The notes: a model not told the origin generated them from the sequence alone. 64,000 nucleotides of DNA from an uncultured bacterium (GCA_963977015.1 CAXBMO010000029.1:17423-81422), one strand, 5' to 3'. Shown: positions 8,420-17,912, counted from the stretch's first letter. Program-made: numbers and translations.

Positions 8420-9643
8420 GTGACTATTCGAAACCTCCTCACGCTTGCCCTTCTCCTTCCGTTTGGTGCATCTGTCAGCATGGCCGGTGACTGGCCAATC
8501 TGGCGTGGTCCAGACCACAATGGGATTTCCCAGGAAACCAATTGGCAGGTTGATTGGCCGGATGACGATCCTGAGGTGGTTTGGGAGGCGGAAATCGGGA
8601 TCGGGTTTTCCAGTTTCGCAGTTGCGGGGAATCGCGTTCTGACCACGGGGAATGCGGACGATCACGACACGGTCTGGTGTTTCAACGCCGATACTGGCGA
8701 GCTGTTCTGGAAGCATTCCTACGAGGAGCCACTCGATCCGAAATATTACGAGGGCGGCACTTCGGCGACTCCGGCGATTGATGGCGGGGTGGTTTATCAA
8801 CTGAGCCGGCGCGGGAAGCTGTTCTGTCTCGACCTTTCGACCGGGGAGGTGAAGTGGGAGAAGAATGTGCAGGAGGAGACGAAAGCCGCCCTGCCGGATT
8901 GGGGATTTGCCGGGTCCCCCTTGGTGCATGGCGAGCTTCTGATTCTCAATGTGGGCGGTTCGGGGCTTGCGCTCAACAAGAAGACGGGAGAGCAGGTCTG
9001 GTTTTCGGATACGGACAAAGCGGGCTATTCCACGCCCCTGCCATTTCAAACGGAGGACGGTGCAACGGTCGGCATTTTCAGTAGTGCGCGCGATTTTGTG
9101 GCGAGGAATCTCGACAACGGAGATGAGATGGCGCGTCACAAGTGGCTCACCAAATATGGGGTGAACGCTTCGGATCCGATTGTCAGTCTCCCTTACGTGT
9201 TCCTTTCCTCCGACTATGGCAAGGGTTGCACGTTGTTGGACGTCAGCGGTGGTGATCCGGTGGAGGTGTACAAGAACAAGGAACTCCAGACCCAGATGAA
9301 TCCCGCGGTTCTGGTGGACGGGTATCTTTACGGATGCAGCGGAAACGAGAGTGAAAAGAAGGTTCCGTTGAAGTGTGTGGAGTTTGCAACCGGAGAGACT
9401 CAGTGGGAGTATCAAGGGGTTGGCGCAGGTTCCGTGTTGGCAGCGAACGGGCATCTCATTGTCTTGAGCGCCCGCGGTGAACTGATGTTTGCCCCAATCT
9501 CGGCCGAAGAATTTGAGCCGGTCTTCATGATGCAGGTTTTGGGAGGCAAGTGTTGGACCGTTCCCGTGTTGGCCCATGGCCGGATTTACTGCCGCAACGC
9601 CGAGGGCGAGGTGGTCTGCATCGATGTGCGGGGAAAGAGCTAG
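8420..9643 (+). CDS. Secreted PQQ-binding-like beta-propeller protein (BamB/PQQ_2 type)
   Basis: Signal peptide, then DWPIWRGP...GIS, GFSS, ATPAIDGG, GFAGSP, YSTP, WTVPVLAHGRIYCRN propeller motifs. Start GTG 8420 (alternative ATG 8381). Confidence 0.88.
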   Translation: MTIRNLLTLALLLPFGASVSMAGDWPIWRGPDHNGISQETNWQVDWPDDDPEVVWEAEIGIGFSSFAVAGNRVLTTGNADDHDTVWCFNADTGELFWKHSYEEPLDPKYYEGGTSATPAIDGGVVYQLSRRGKLFCLDLSTGEVKWEKNVQEETKAALPDWGFAGSPLVHGELLILNVGGSGLALNKKTGEQVWFSDTDKAGYSTPLPFQTEDGATVGIFSSARDFVARNLDNGDEMARHKWLTKYGVNASDPIVSLPYVFLSSDYGKGCTLLDVSGGDPVEVYKNKELQTQMNPAVLVDGYLYGCSGNESEKKVPLKCVEFATGETQWEYQGVGAGSVLAANGHLIVLSARGELMFAPISAEEFEPVFMMQVLGGKCWTVPVLAHGRIYCRNAEGEVVCIDVRGKS

Positions 9644-9730
9644 TGCTTGGATTGCGGTGAATTGACTGGCTCGGATGGGTTGAAGTGGAGTCGTGGAACC
9701 GGTGGTGTCCCAACGTTGGATGCATCGTAC

Positions 9731-9937
9731 CAGCCCAACGGGCTGAGACATCTTCAGCCCAGGGCAAGCGAGGACCGAGCGCCGCCCTGGGATTGCCGAA
9801 GGAGAAAATGGGACCCTGAAGGGGGCCGACAACTGGTATCCCGGCCTTACAGGCCTGGCATGACCAACGACCTTCTCCCCGGCCGCCGGGCGTTCCTCCC
9901 TCTGGCCGGGGCTGGCATGTTTCAGCCTTTCAGGCTG
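9731..9937. repeat. Palindromic REP/MITE-like element (~207 bp)
   Basis: Left end CAGCCCAACGGGCTG-AGACAT-CTTCAGCCCAGGG mirrors right end CCGGGGCTGGC-ATGTTT-CAGCCTTTCAGGCTG; internal hairpin CCCAGGGC...GCCCTGGG. Confidence 0.65.
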
Positions 9938-10087
9938 GGCTCGGTCGGACGGATGGCGAATCCGTGCCTTCGCCAGGGCATCTCGATCGTTTCCTCGTCG
10001 CGCCTGGCCCACAACTCCACCAGGGAACGCGCGTCAACACGGAGATCTTCAACACCCAGCAAGGGCTCCCAACCCGCAAAAACACTT

Positions 10088-10132
10088 CTGACATTGAACT
10101 CAAAGGTGGTATATTCTTATCCATGAGTTCAA
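10088..10132 (+). promoter_or_regulatory. Sigma70-type promoter and inverted-repeat operator of the TA operon
   Basis: CTGACA (10088-10093)-N16-TATATT (10110-10115) with extended TG; ATG 7 nt downstream; perfect 9-bp inverted repeat TTGAACTCA (10094-10102)/TGAGTTCAA (10124-10132). Confidence 0.6.
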
Positions 10133-10404
10133 CTGTGACACTCGACGAATCAGGGGCGTTGGTTCTCCCACAAGCGATTCGAGACCGCTTTCAGCTTAAA
10201 CCGGGGTCGCATCTTCGGATTGAAGTTGGTGTGGATTGTCTTCAACTTCTTCCCGAAAGCGATTTGGATGCCGAAACAACGGTGGAAATCGTCGAAGAGG
10301 CTGGGTTGAAGGTTATTCATGCGCCGCAAGACATCAACGGCTTGGATACGGTAGCGGCAATTGCTGCGGATCGCGACGCCAGAGAGTCCCGCATTCGGTC
10401 TTGA
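10123..10404 (+). CDS. AbrB/MazE/SpoVT-family antitoxin
   Basis: MSSTVTLDESGALVLPQAIRDRFQLKPGSHLRIEV swapped-hairpin pattern with acidic tail; directly upstream of a PIN gene. Confidence 0.85.
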   Translation: MSSTVTLDESGALVLPQAIRDRFQLKPGSHLRIEVGVDCLQLLPESDLDAETTVEIVEEAGLKVIHAPQDINGLDTVAAIAADRDARESRIRS

Positions 10405-10417
10405 TCAAAGCTCTGTC

Positions 10418-10840
10418 GTGCTCATCCATCTTGATTCTTCGATCCTGATAGCGGCATTGGTTGATACGCAGCCCTGTCACGCTGAATGTCTCCAATTAAT
10501 CGGTGGAAGTGATGAAAAGGGTGTTCACACTCACGCGTTATCAGAGACATTTTCGGTTCTCACCGGCGGACGATTGGGATTTCGGGTTCCCGCATCTCAA
10601 GCTGCCGAGGTCATTGGTGATACCATCCTGTCGAGAGTTGAAGTTTGCGAAATTGAGCTGTCCCATCGGATCCAAGCGTTTCGCGATGCTGAACAGAGGG
10701 GCGTTCGTGGTGGCGCAATCTACGACTATCTTCACCTCGTGTGTGCTCGCGAAGCCGGTGCCGAGTTCATTTACACGTTGAACACCAACGATTTTCAGGC
10801 TCTTTGGCGTTCCGGTGATCCAGAGGTCAAGGCGGTCTGA
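10418..10840 (+). CDS. PIN-domain (VapC-family) toxin
   Basis: HLDSSILIAAL (first Asp), ALSETFSVLT (Glu), GGAIYDYLH, YTLNTNDF. GTG start. Confidence 0.87.
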   Translation: MLIHLDSSILIAALVDTQPCHAECLQLIGGSDEKGVHTHALSETFSVLTGGRLGFRVPASQAAEVIGDTILSRVEVCEIELSHRIQAFRDAEQRGVRGGAIYDYLHLVCAREAGAEFIYTLNTNDFQALWRSGDPEVKAV

Positions 10841-10918
10841 AAATAAGCAGAGACACTTTCTAGCAATTTCAGCGACCTTTAGCTGATACCGCGAGGCGCT
10901 TTCGCCTGATCCTGATTC

Positions 10919-13204
10919 TTACTTCGGCGCAGCAGGCGCTGGATCCGCCCTCACAATCACATAAAGCGCATCCTGAGGCGCGGTGAGTTTCACGCCTCCG
11001 TCGACCGGTTCGAGAGCGACTTCCGCTTGCCGGTATCCTGATGGTGTCAGGGCGATGGCTTTGACGAGGTCCGGGTTCTGAATCGTGATGGTGGCGTCCA
11101 GGTTGGCAATTCTCCAGGGTGGTTTTCCCGTTCTGACGATCTGTTCCCCATCGATCTTCGTGGCATCTGCGCCGCGACCAAAGGGGACCTTGGCATCCTT
11201 GGTTTCCCAGCCGTCCAGGCGGGAAACGGTTCCGAGTTGGAGCAGAATCCGGCGAGACTCGGAGAGCGGTTTGCGATCGAGTGCCACCGCCTGGATTGTG
11301 GCGTAGTCCGTCGTCGATTCGATGGTCACGGTGGACAACTCAAAGCGGCCACCGGCCTTGGCGAGAAAGCCGGTTACCCCCTGGGACGCCGGCGCATCGA
11401 CCCGGCAGATGCCCTGGCGGTAATCCCATTGATGCTGGTCGGTGTTGCTTCGGATCGTGCCTTTTTCCGCATTCAGATAGTCGTCGACCGAACCGCCCTT
11501 GGAGTTTTCGCTGCTTCCCCCGATTCGCGAATGAACCGGGCCGACGAGGAAGGCGGCGCGGTTGATCTGCCCGTCGAACGCGGGTTCCCAACCAGGCTGC
11601 AACTCGGGTTGAATTCGGCCGTCGCCATAAATCTCGTTGTCTTCGATGTTTGCCTGGCGGCGCAGCCACAAATCGCGAAGCGGGCGGAAATCTTCCGCGA
11701 CCGGTTTGCCGGCTTCGAGCAGGCCAAGCCGATGCTGAATCGCATTGGCGGGAAACATCCCCATCAGCATGGGAGTGCTGCAACTCCACTTGGAAAGGGC
11801 GTGGGAATCTCCGACTTTCCAGAACAGTCGCCGTGGGTCCATCTGCCAGGTTGGATCGGTGCAACTGAACCAGAAAACGGCATCGAGACCGTTCAAGGTC
11901 TGGTAGGCGCTGATGAGAAACGGGCCTTCGCTCTGGTAACGATTGGGATTCTTCCAACTCGTCTCGGTTACCATGAAGGGATGACCTTTTTCCTGGCGAT
12001 AGTTCACGGACAACTCCAGGGGCTTGAAGAGGACCGACTCGTTCACGAGGTAATGGCCGGGATCGATGCGGTAGGAATCCTTGTCGCCGATGTGTTGGTA
12101 ATCGCTGCCGACGTATTCGTTCTCGGCATCGAAATCGAGGGCGTGATAGCTGTAGCGCTCCAGCGCCTTGAGCTTGGAATCATTGGCCGTTCGCCAGTTG
12201 GTCGCATTGAGAAGCTGCTGGCAGCCCAGTTCTTCGCGGAGATAGGTTCCCATGTCGGCATAGAATTGGCGTTGAAACGTGGCCATGAATTCCACCTGAT
12301 CCTTGATGCGGCGACTCATTCCTCCGGTCCAGGATTTCGTGAGGAAGTAGACGTCAAAGACGCCGACCAAGCCGTCAGCCGGGGAATCATGCTCGTGTTT
12401 CCTTGCGCTTCGTCCCCATTTGGCCAGGGCGGTATCGAGCGACTCATACTTTTCCGACAACCAGGTTCCAAAGTGCTTGGCGAGGATCTTTTTATGGGCC
12501 TCGCTCATGCGCGACTGAGTCCAGAAGAAGAGGCTGTCTTCGTTGTGGATCTGGAGAAATGCCACGGTCGGATCGTCCTTGATGGCGAGCCCGGTGTGAG
12601 GATTGACGGTGGTGTAGAGATGCTTCGTCCATTGCTTGTAGGCGTCCTGCATCCTGGGTTCGACAAACAACGCGCCCCAGGGCTGCTCACCGGTATAGTC
12701 GGGAAGGTCCCAACTTTTCGGCACGGGATGATGACCGTAGTAGGGGGAAATGAGAACGTAGACCCCGTTCTCCTTCGCGGCTTTGATGAAGCGGAAAATC
12801 CCCTCAACCTCGGCCTCGTTCACGTCGGTGATGTTGGCGCCTTCCTTTGCGTTGGCGACCCGGGAATGGATCCGCGCGAGGTTGACCCCCATTTTCGCGA
12901 GAAAGCGGCAGTGTCGATCAATCGCCTCGGGACTTTGCCGGTAAACATCGGTTCCAACGGCCCAAAACCGGATGCGGCGATCGTCGCCACGAAGGAAATC
13001 GTTGCCGCTCGGGGTGAGCTTGATGAAGCCCGTCTCCCCGGATGCCGCTTCGTTCAGTCTTCGCAGGTCGAGGAGGGCGTTGTCCGCGAACGTCTCCTCA
13101 CCGGGATCGAAGGCCCAGCTGTTCGAATCGTCGAGGGGAACTTCAGCGGCATTGCCAAGCCGAAACAACGCGAAAGAGAAGACAAACAACCTGAGAATAC
13201 GCAT
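10919..13204 (-). CDS. Secreted clan GH-A (GH5/GH42-like) glycoside hydrolase
   Basis: Signal peptide; GVNLARIH, VNPHTGLAIKDDPTVAFLQIHNED (N-E acid/base), PFMVTET (nucleophile Glu). Confidence 0.7.
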   Translation of the reverse strand: MRILRLFVFSFALFRLGNAAEVPLDDSNSWAFDPGEETFADNALLDLRRLNEAASGETGFIKLTPSGNDFLRGDDRRIRFWAVGTDVYRQSPEAIDRHCRFLAKMGVNLARIHSRVANAKEGANITDVNEAEVEGIFRFIKAAKENGVYVLISPYYGHHPVPKSWDLPDYTGEQPWGALFVEPRMQDAYKQWTKHLYTTVNPHTGLAIKDDPTVAFLQIHNEDSLFFWTQSRMSEAHKKILAKHFGTWLSEKYESLDTALAKWGRSARKHEHDSPADGLVGVFDVYFLTKSWTGGMSRRIKDQVEFMATFQRQFYADMGTYLREELGCQQLLNATNWRTANDSKLKALERYSYHALDFDAENEYVGSDYQHIGDKDSYRIDPGHYLVNESVLFKPLELSVNYRQEKGHPFMVTETSWKNPNRYQSEGPFLISAYQTLNGLDAVFWFSCTDPTWQMDPRRLFWKVGDSHALSKWSCSTPMLMGMFPANAIQHRLGLLEAGKPVAEDFRPLRDLWLRRQANIEDNEIYGDGRIQPELQPGWEPAFDGQINRAAFLVGPVHSRIGGSSENSKGGSVDDYLNAEKGTIRSNTDQHQWDYRQGICRVDAPASQGVTGFLAKAGGRFELSTVTIESTTDYATIQAVALDRKPLSESRRILLQLGTVSRLDGWETKDAKVPFGRGADATKIDGEQIVRTGKPPWRIANLDATITIQNPDLVKAIALTPSGYRQAEVALEPVDGGVKLTAPQDALYVIVRADPAPAAPK

Positions 13205-13209
13205 ATCCG

Positions 13210-13239
13210 AGAATAGCCGGATTTGAGGAAGGCCGTCAA
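13210..13239 (-). promoter_or_regulatory. Sigma70-type promoter of the glycoside hydrolase gene, probably leaderless
   Basis: Minus strand TTGACG-N18-TATTCT, ATG 5 nt after the -10 box, no SD. Confidence 0.55.
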
Positions 13240-13363
13240 CCCGGCATTCCGGTCGAAGGGGGCGAATGTTAGAGTCGGGAAGGTCTTGCGAACTTCCGGA
13301 TACCCGGACGTAAGCGGCCCCGGTTTGAATGGGGATCGCTGAAGGCTGGAAAAGTCGACCGGC

Positions 13364-13858
13364 TCAGGCGTTCCCGCCGGGAGGTGCTTCGTCGCTCTCT
13401 CCCTGAAAGCCGCGTTCCTCCATCTTTTTCAAGACTTCGGACATATCCTCCACTTCCTCCCAAACCTCATCCGTGATGTAAATGGGTGCATCCTGTTGAA
13501 TTGCCATGGCCATGCTGTCGCTGGGGCGGGCATCCAGTTCGACAATCTTCTTCTGATGGACCTCATTCTCGCAACTGACGATCAAGCGGGCGTAGTAGAC
13601 GCCGTCGTGGAAGTCGTTGATGATGACGCGATCCACCTTGGCGCCGAGCGCCAAAAGAATATCGGCAATCAAGTCGTGGGTTTGCGGGCGAGGCTTTGGC
13701 GTTGCCCGCATGAACATCGTGATCGCGGCTCCCACGGTTTGATCGACATAAATCACGAACACCTTCTCTTCCGTGCCCAGAAAAACGGCGCATCCGCCAC
13801 TGGTCGGCAAAACCGCGCGCACCTCAATTTCAAAGACTCCGTTGTTACTGTTGCTCAT
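13364..13858 (-). CDS. Bifunctional nuclease family protein (DUF151)
   Basis: PRPQTHDL, GVYYARL, ELDARPSDSMAMA motifs. Confidence 0.9.
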   Translation of the reverse strand: MSNSNNGVFEIEVRAVLPTSGGCAVFLGTEEKVFVIYVDQTVGAAITMFMRATPKPRPQTHDLIADILLALGAKVDRVIINDFHDGVYYARLIVSCENEVHQKKIVELDARPSDSMAMAIQQDAPIYITDEVWEEVEDMSEVLKKMEERGFQGESDEAPPGGNA

Positions 13859-13885
13859 GGATGAGATTTCATAAAGTTAGCGCGT

Positions 13886-14416
13886 TCACCGGATCCCGCG
13901 ACTCAAATATTCCTGAGTGGTTGCGACGTAACGCTGCGCCCACACTTTAAGGCCGGATTGTTCGTCTTCGGCAAGTGTTCGTTTCACTTTTGCGGGCGAG
14001 CCCATCACAAGGGATCCCGGCGGGATGACCGTTCCGGGGGTGACCAACGCGCCGGCCGCGACAATGCTCCGTTTTCCAATTACGGCTCCGTCCATCACGA
14101 TGGCTCCCATGCCGATCAAGACCTCGTCCTCAATCGTGCAGGCATGGAGCAAGGCCTTGTGCCCGACCGTGACCCAGTCTCCGACCGTGGTTCCAAATTT
14201 ATCGGCCAGATGAACCACCGTCCCGTCCTGGATATTCGTGTTTGAGCCGATCACGATGCGATTGATGTCTCCGCGCAGCACGCATTGGTACCAAACGCTG
14301 GAGTTCTCACCAATGGAGACGTCGCCGATGACGGTCGCATTGGCCGCAATGAAGCAGCTTTCGTGGATTTGCGGAGCCTGATCCAGAAAGGCGTAGGATT
14401 TGGGAACCGGCTTCAT
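13886..14416 (-). CDS. Gamma carbonic anhydrase family protein (YrdA/CaiE-like)
   Basis: Hexapeptide repeats; LRGDIN, NIQDGTVVH, VTVGHKALLHAC metal-binding His pattern. Confidence 0.92.
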   Translation of the reverse strand: MKPVPKSYAFLDQAPQIHESCFIAANATVIGDVSIGENSSVWYQCVLRGDINRIVIGSNTNIQDGTVVHLADKFGTTVGDWVTVGHKALLHACTIEDEVLIGMGAIVMDGAVIGKRSIVAAGALVTPGTVIPPGSLVMGSPAKVKRTLAEDEQSGLKVWAQRYVATTQEYLSRGIR

Positions 14417-14427
14417 CCGAGTGGCGG

Positions 14428-15891
14428 TCAGCTGTCTTGTCGTCGCAGTTGCGGAAACAGAACCACGTCGCGAATCGACTCGGCTCCGGTCAACATCATG
14501 ATGAGACGATCAATCCCAACCCCGATCCCGCCGGCAGGCGGCATCCCGTGTTCGAGCGCCTCCAAAAAGTCTTCGTCGATTTTCTGGATCTCCTCTCCGG
14601 CCTGCTCCTCGAGACGAGCCCGTTGGGTGATGGGATCGTTCAGCTCCGAGTATCCCGGAGAAATCTCCTGACCGTTGATAATGAGCTCGTAAACGTCGAC
14701 GACCGAATCGTCTTCGGTGTTTTGCTTCGCCAACGGAACCAACTCCTTGGGAACGTGGGTCACGAAACAGGGATCCTGGGTTTTTTCCTCAATCAGCTTC
14801 TCAAAGACCTGTTGAGTGACCTCGTAATCCTCCATGTCCGGACTGATTTGCACACCCAGCTCGTCGCAGCGCTTTCTGCGCTCCTCCGCGGTGTAGGAAA
14901 ACCATTTTGGATCGATTTCTTCGATCAGCGAGCGGTAGGTGGCGCGTTTCCAAGGGCGTTCCAGATTGATCGTCTTGGTCACTTCGCCTTCCGCGTTTTG
15001 GTGTTCGATCTTCAGCCCCCCGCAATATTTCTCGGCCAACAGGCAGACCATTTCCTCCACCAGATCGGCCATCGTCTCGAAGTCGGCGAAGGCCCAGTAG
15101 GCCTCCAACATGGTGAATTCAGGATTGTGGCGCGTGCTGATCCCCTCGTTTCGAAAGTTGCGATTCAGCTCAAAAACCTTCGGGAATCCGCCCACGAGCA
15201 GTCGCTTGAGGTAAAGCTCGGGAGCAATGCGCAGATACATGTCCATGCTCAGGGCATTGTGCCGGGTTTGGAAGGGTTGGGCCGCGGCGCCTCCCGGGAC
15301 ATCCTGCAGCATCGGAGTCTCGACTTCAAAAAAGCCCCGGTCGGTCAAAAAACGGCGAATTTCACCAACCATCTGGCATCGCTTCAGAAAGATTTCGCGG
15401 CTGCGCTCGCTCGACACCAAATCCAGATAACGCTTCCGGTACTGGAGTTCGCGGTCGGAAATTCCGTGCCACTTGTCGGGCAAGGGACGGAGCGCCTTGC
15501 TCAAAACGGTCAGCTTCTTCGTTTTCACGGACGGCTCTCCCTTTTGCGTGACGAAGGTTTCGCCTTCAATTCCGAGCCAATCTCCCATGTCGAGAAGCTT
15601 GAACGCCTCAAAATCAGTCTCTTCCACCTCGTTCTTGCCGATGTGACACTGAATTTTTCCTTCAAAGTCGGACAACTCAAAGAAGCTGCTCTTTCCAAAG
15701 CCGCGTTTGGCCGTCATCCGGCCTGCGATGGTGACGGGTTTGCCTTCCTCAAAGTTGGCGCGGAGCTCCCCAGGCTGATGGGTCGTCTCGAATTTCCCTC
15801 CATACGGGTTGACGCCGAGTTCCTGCAGCTGGGCAAGCTTTTCGCGGCGAACGGCGATCAGATGATGTTCGTCTTGGGGTTCGTCTGGCAT
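14428..15891 (-). CDS. lysS: Lysine--tRNA ligase (class II)
   Basis: YRKRYLDL, EVETPML, YLRIAPELYLKRL, FRNEGISTRHNPEFTMLE, GMPPAGGIGVGIDRL. Confidence 0.98.
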   Translation of the reverse strand: MPDEPQDEHHLIAVRREKLAQLQELGVNPYGGKFETTHQPGELRANFEEGKPVTIAGRMTAKRGFGKSSFFELSDFEGKIQCHIGKNEVEETDFEAFKLLDMGDWLGIEGETFVTQKGEPSVKTKKLTVLSKALRPLPDKWHGISDRELQYRKRYLDLVSSERSREIFLKRCQMVGEIRRFLTDRGFFEVETPMLQDVPGGAAAQPFQTRHNALSMDMYLRIAPELYLKRLLVGGFPKVFELNRNFRNEGISTRHNPEFTMLEAYWAFADFETMADLVEEMVCLLAEKYCGGLKIEHQNAEGEVTKTINLERPWKRATYRSLIEEIDPKWFSYTAEERRKRCDELGVQISPDMEDYEVTQQVFEKLIEEKTQDPCFVTHVPKELVPLAKQNTEDDSVVDVYELIINGQEISPGYSELNDPITQRARLEEQAGEEIQKIDEDFLEALEHGMPPAGGIGVGIDRLIMMLTGAESIRDVVLFPQLRRQDS

Positions 15892-15965
15892 GTAGCGCCA
15901 AAAAGCCCTAGATCCGCCGAAAAACCACTTCTTTTCGAGCCGATTTTGCGTCTGGTAGGGCGAAG

Positions 15966-16613
15966 ATGAGTCGAGCCCACATTCACCCGGACGTGATCCT
16001 CGATGGCCGCCTGGCCATCTATCACGAGCGATCGAGGTGGCTTGCCCTGGCCGATCTCCACTATGGCTACGAAGTCGAGTTTCGCCGGGCGGGAGGATTG
16101 ATGCCGATGTACGGAATGGACCAGATCGAAGCGCGATTGGTGTCGCTGATTGCCGATTATGAACCGGAGAAGGTTTTTCTTGCCGGAGATTTGGTGCACG
16201 GCAGAGCGAGCAGTCGCGAAATGGCGGCTTTTTGCGAGAGGATGGAGGAGCTGGGGCCGAAACTCGTTTTTCTAGCTGGAAACCACGACCGGGGCGCCAT
16301 CACGACCCGGCTGGAGTTTGAAGATTTCGTCCGGGTCGACGGATTCTTCATTCACCATGGTCACCGGCCATCGGCCGCTGCGCCGGAGGAAATCGAGATC
16401 GTGGGGCATCATCATCCTGCCATCTCCATTCGGGATGGTGCGGGATTGAAGATCAAGCTCCCGTCTCTCATTCAGGAAACCCACGAATCCGGCGAACGCT
16501 GGATTTTACCGGCGTTTTCTCCCTGGGCCGGGGGAACGACGTGGAAAACGCGGCCCAATCAGCAAACCCGGCGTTGGGCCTGTAGTCCGAAACGGGTTTT
16601 CGAGATTTGTTAG
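15966..16613 (+). CDS. Calcineurin-like metallophosphoesterase (PdeM-like)
   Basis: ADLHYG, AGDLVH, GNHD, HHGH, GHHHP, LPAFS motifs. Confidence 0.85.
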   Translation: MSRAHIHPDVILDGRLAIYHERSRWLALADLHYGYEVEFRRAGGLMPMYGMDQIEARLVSLIADYEPEKVFLAGDLVHGRASSREMAAFCERMEELGPKLVFLAGNHDRGAITTRLEFEDFVRVDGFFIHHGHRPSAAAPEEIEIVGHHHPAISIRDGAGLKIKLPSLIQETHESGERWILPAFSPWAGGTTWKTRPNQQTRRWACSPKRVFEIC

Positions 16614-16717
16614 CAATCGGCGAAAAACCTTCAAGCAGTCATCATCCCGTAAGGTTGGCGCGGTCATCCTGCAGGCAAATCAGCATTAACCTGCAACTGC
16701 GAAAACACCCAACTGCT

Positions 16718-17824
16718 ATGAAATACCACGTAATTGCCATTGCCGCCCTGACTCTGGGATTCGGCTTGCTTCATGCTCAAGATCAAAAGGTGGAGGAGAC
16801 TCCCCAAACCTCGGAAAAAGAACGCGAGAATTCGGAGGGCGACCGGAAAAAGCCCGGAATTGACCTGGAGGCGGCGAAGAGGTTCCGGGACCTGGACAGC
16901 AACGGAGACGGTGCCGTGAGCCGCGAGGAATTCGACGAAAGCGAAATTGCCTCACGAGCCGAGGAACGCGACCCCGATGGGAATCGGGTCAGTGAGATTT
17001 TCGATAAGATCGATCGAAATGGTGACGATGAACTCGGGCTCTTCGAGTTCGCGGAGTCATTCGAGCACCGGAAGACCCAGCTCATGGATCGCAAGGTTCA
17101 GGCGCGATTTGAGGAGTTGGATCGCAATGGTGACGGATTCATTGGTCGCAGCGAGTTCGCCGCGAGCGAAATCGCAGAGAATGCTCGTAAGAATGGAAAC
17201 GCGGAGAGGGTCAGTGAGGTCTTCAACAAGATCGATCTGAATGGAAGCGGTGATATCGGAGCGTTCGAATTCGCCTATGCCCATGAGAATCGGAACAAAC
17301 CTTCCATGGATCACGAAACCGCGAAGAAGTTCGCGAGCCTTGATTCCAATGATGATGGCTCCATTGGACGCCGGGAGTTTGCTGACAGCAAAGTTGCCGA
17401 GAAATTGCGCGAGAACGACAACCGCGAAAAAATCGACGAAATCTTCGAGGAAATGGATCGGAATGGCAACGGTGAAATCGGCCCCCGGGAGTTTGCCAAG
17501 GCACATGAGGATCGCGACGAGAAAGGCAAGGACCAGGACGAGCCCAAGAAAGAAGACGAGCGCAAATATGACCGGGAAACTGTCGAGCAGTTCCAGGAAT
17601 TGGATCGCGACGATGACAAGGCGATCAGTCGTCGCGAATTCTCCCGTTCACCGATTGCGGAGCACGTTGATGATCGGGATCGCGTTGATGAGATTTTCGG
17701 TCGGATTGATGGCGACGACGACGGTAAACTGAGTCTGAAAGAATTCGCGGAAGCTCGTGCGATGATGCGGGACCGGCCCGGAAGGCGCGGTGGTCCGAAT
17801 CGCGATGGAAAGGTGAAGAGGTAA
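16718..17824 (+). CDS. Secreted multi-EF-hand protein (four ~70-aa repeats, eight EF-hand loops)
   Basis: Signal peptide MKYHVIAIAALTLGFGLLHA; loops DSNGDGAVSREE, DRNGDDELGLFE, DRNGDGFIGRSE, DLNGSGDIGAFE, DSNDDGSIGRRE, DRNGNGEIGPRE, DRDDDKAISRRE, DGDDDGKLSLKE. Confidence 0.9.
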   Translation: MKYHVIAIAALTLGFGLLHAQDQKVEETPQTSEKERENSEGDRKKPGIDLEAAKRFRDLDSNGDGAVSREEFDESEIASRAEERDPDGNRVSEIFDKIDRNGDDELGLFEFAESFEHRKTQLMDRKVQARFEELDRNGDGFIGRSEFAASEIAENARKNGNAERVSEVFNKIDLNGSGDIGAFEFAYAHENRNKPSMDHETAKKFASLDSNDDGSIGRREFADSKVAEKLRENDNREKIDEIFEEMDRNGNGEIGPREFAKAHEDRDEKGKDQDEPKKEDERKYDRETVEQFQELDRDDDKAISRREFSRSPIAEHVDDRDRVDEIFGRIDGDDDGKLSLKEFAEARAMMRDRPGRRGGPNRDGKVKR

Positions 17825-17866
17825 GTTCAAGAGTTCACAACTACAGTCTGATTGATCTCGTTCACG

Positions 17867-17912
17867 AGAAGCGGCGGGGAGAGTGATTCTTCCCGCCGCT
17901 TTCTGTTTTTTT
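17867..17912 (+). terminator. Intrinsic terminator
   Basis: AGAAGCGGCGGGGA...TCTTCCCGCCGCTTTCT stem followed by GTTTTTTT. Confidence 0.8.

Noticed and set aside
8315-10012. 565-aa minus-strand ORF
   Set aside because: Antisense to the PQQ-propeller gene and reads through the palindromic repeat element.
11237-13216. 659-aa plus-strand ORF
   Set aside because: Antisense shadow of the glycoside hydrolase; no motifs; expected with high-GC codon bias.
14437-15969. 510-aa plus-strand ORF
   Set aside because: Antisense to lysS; no recognisable features.
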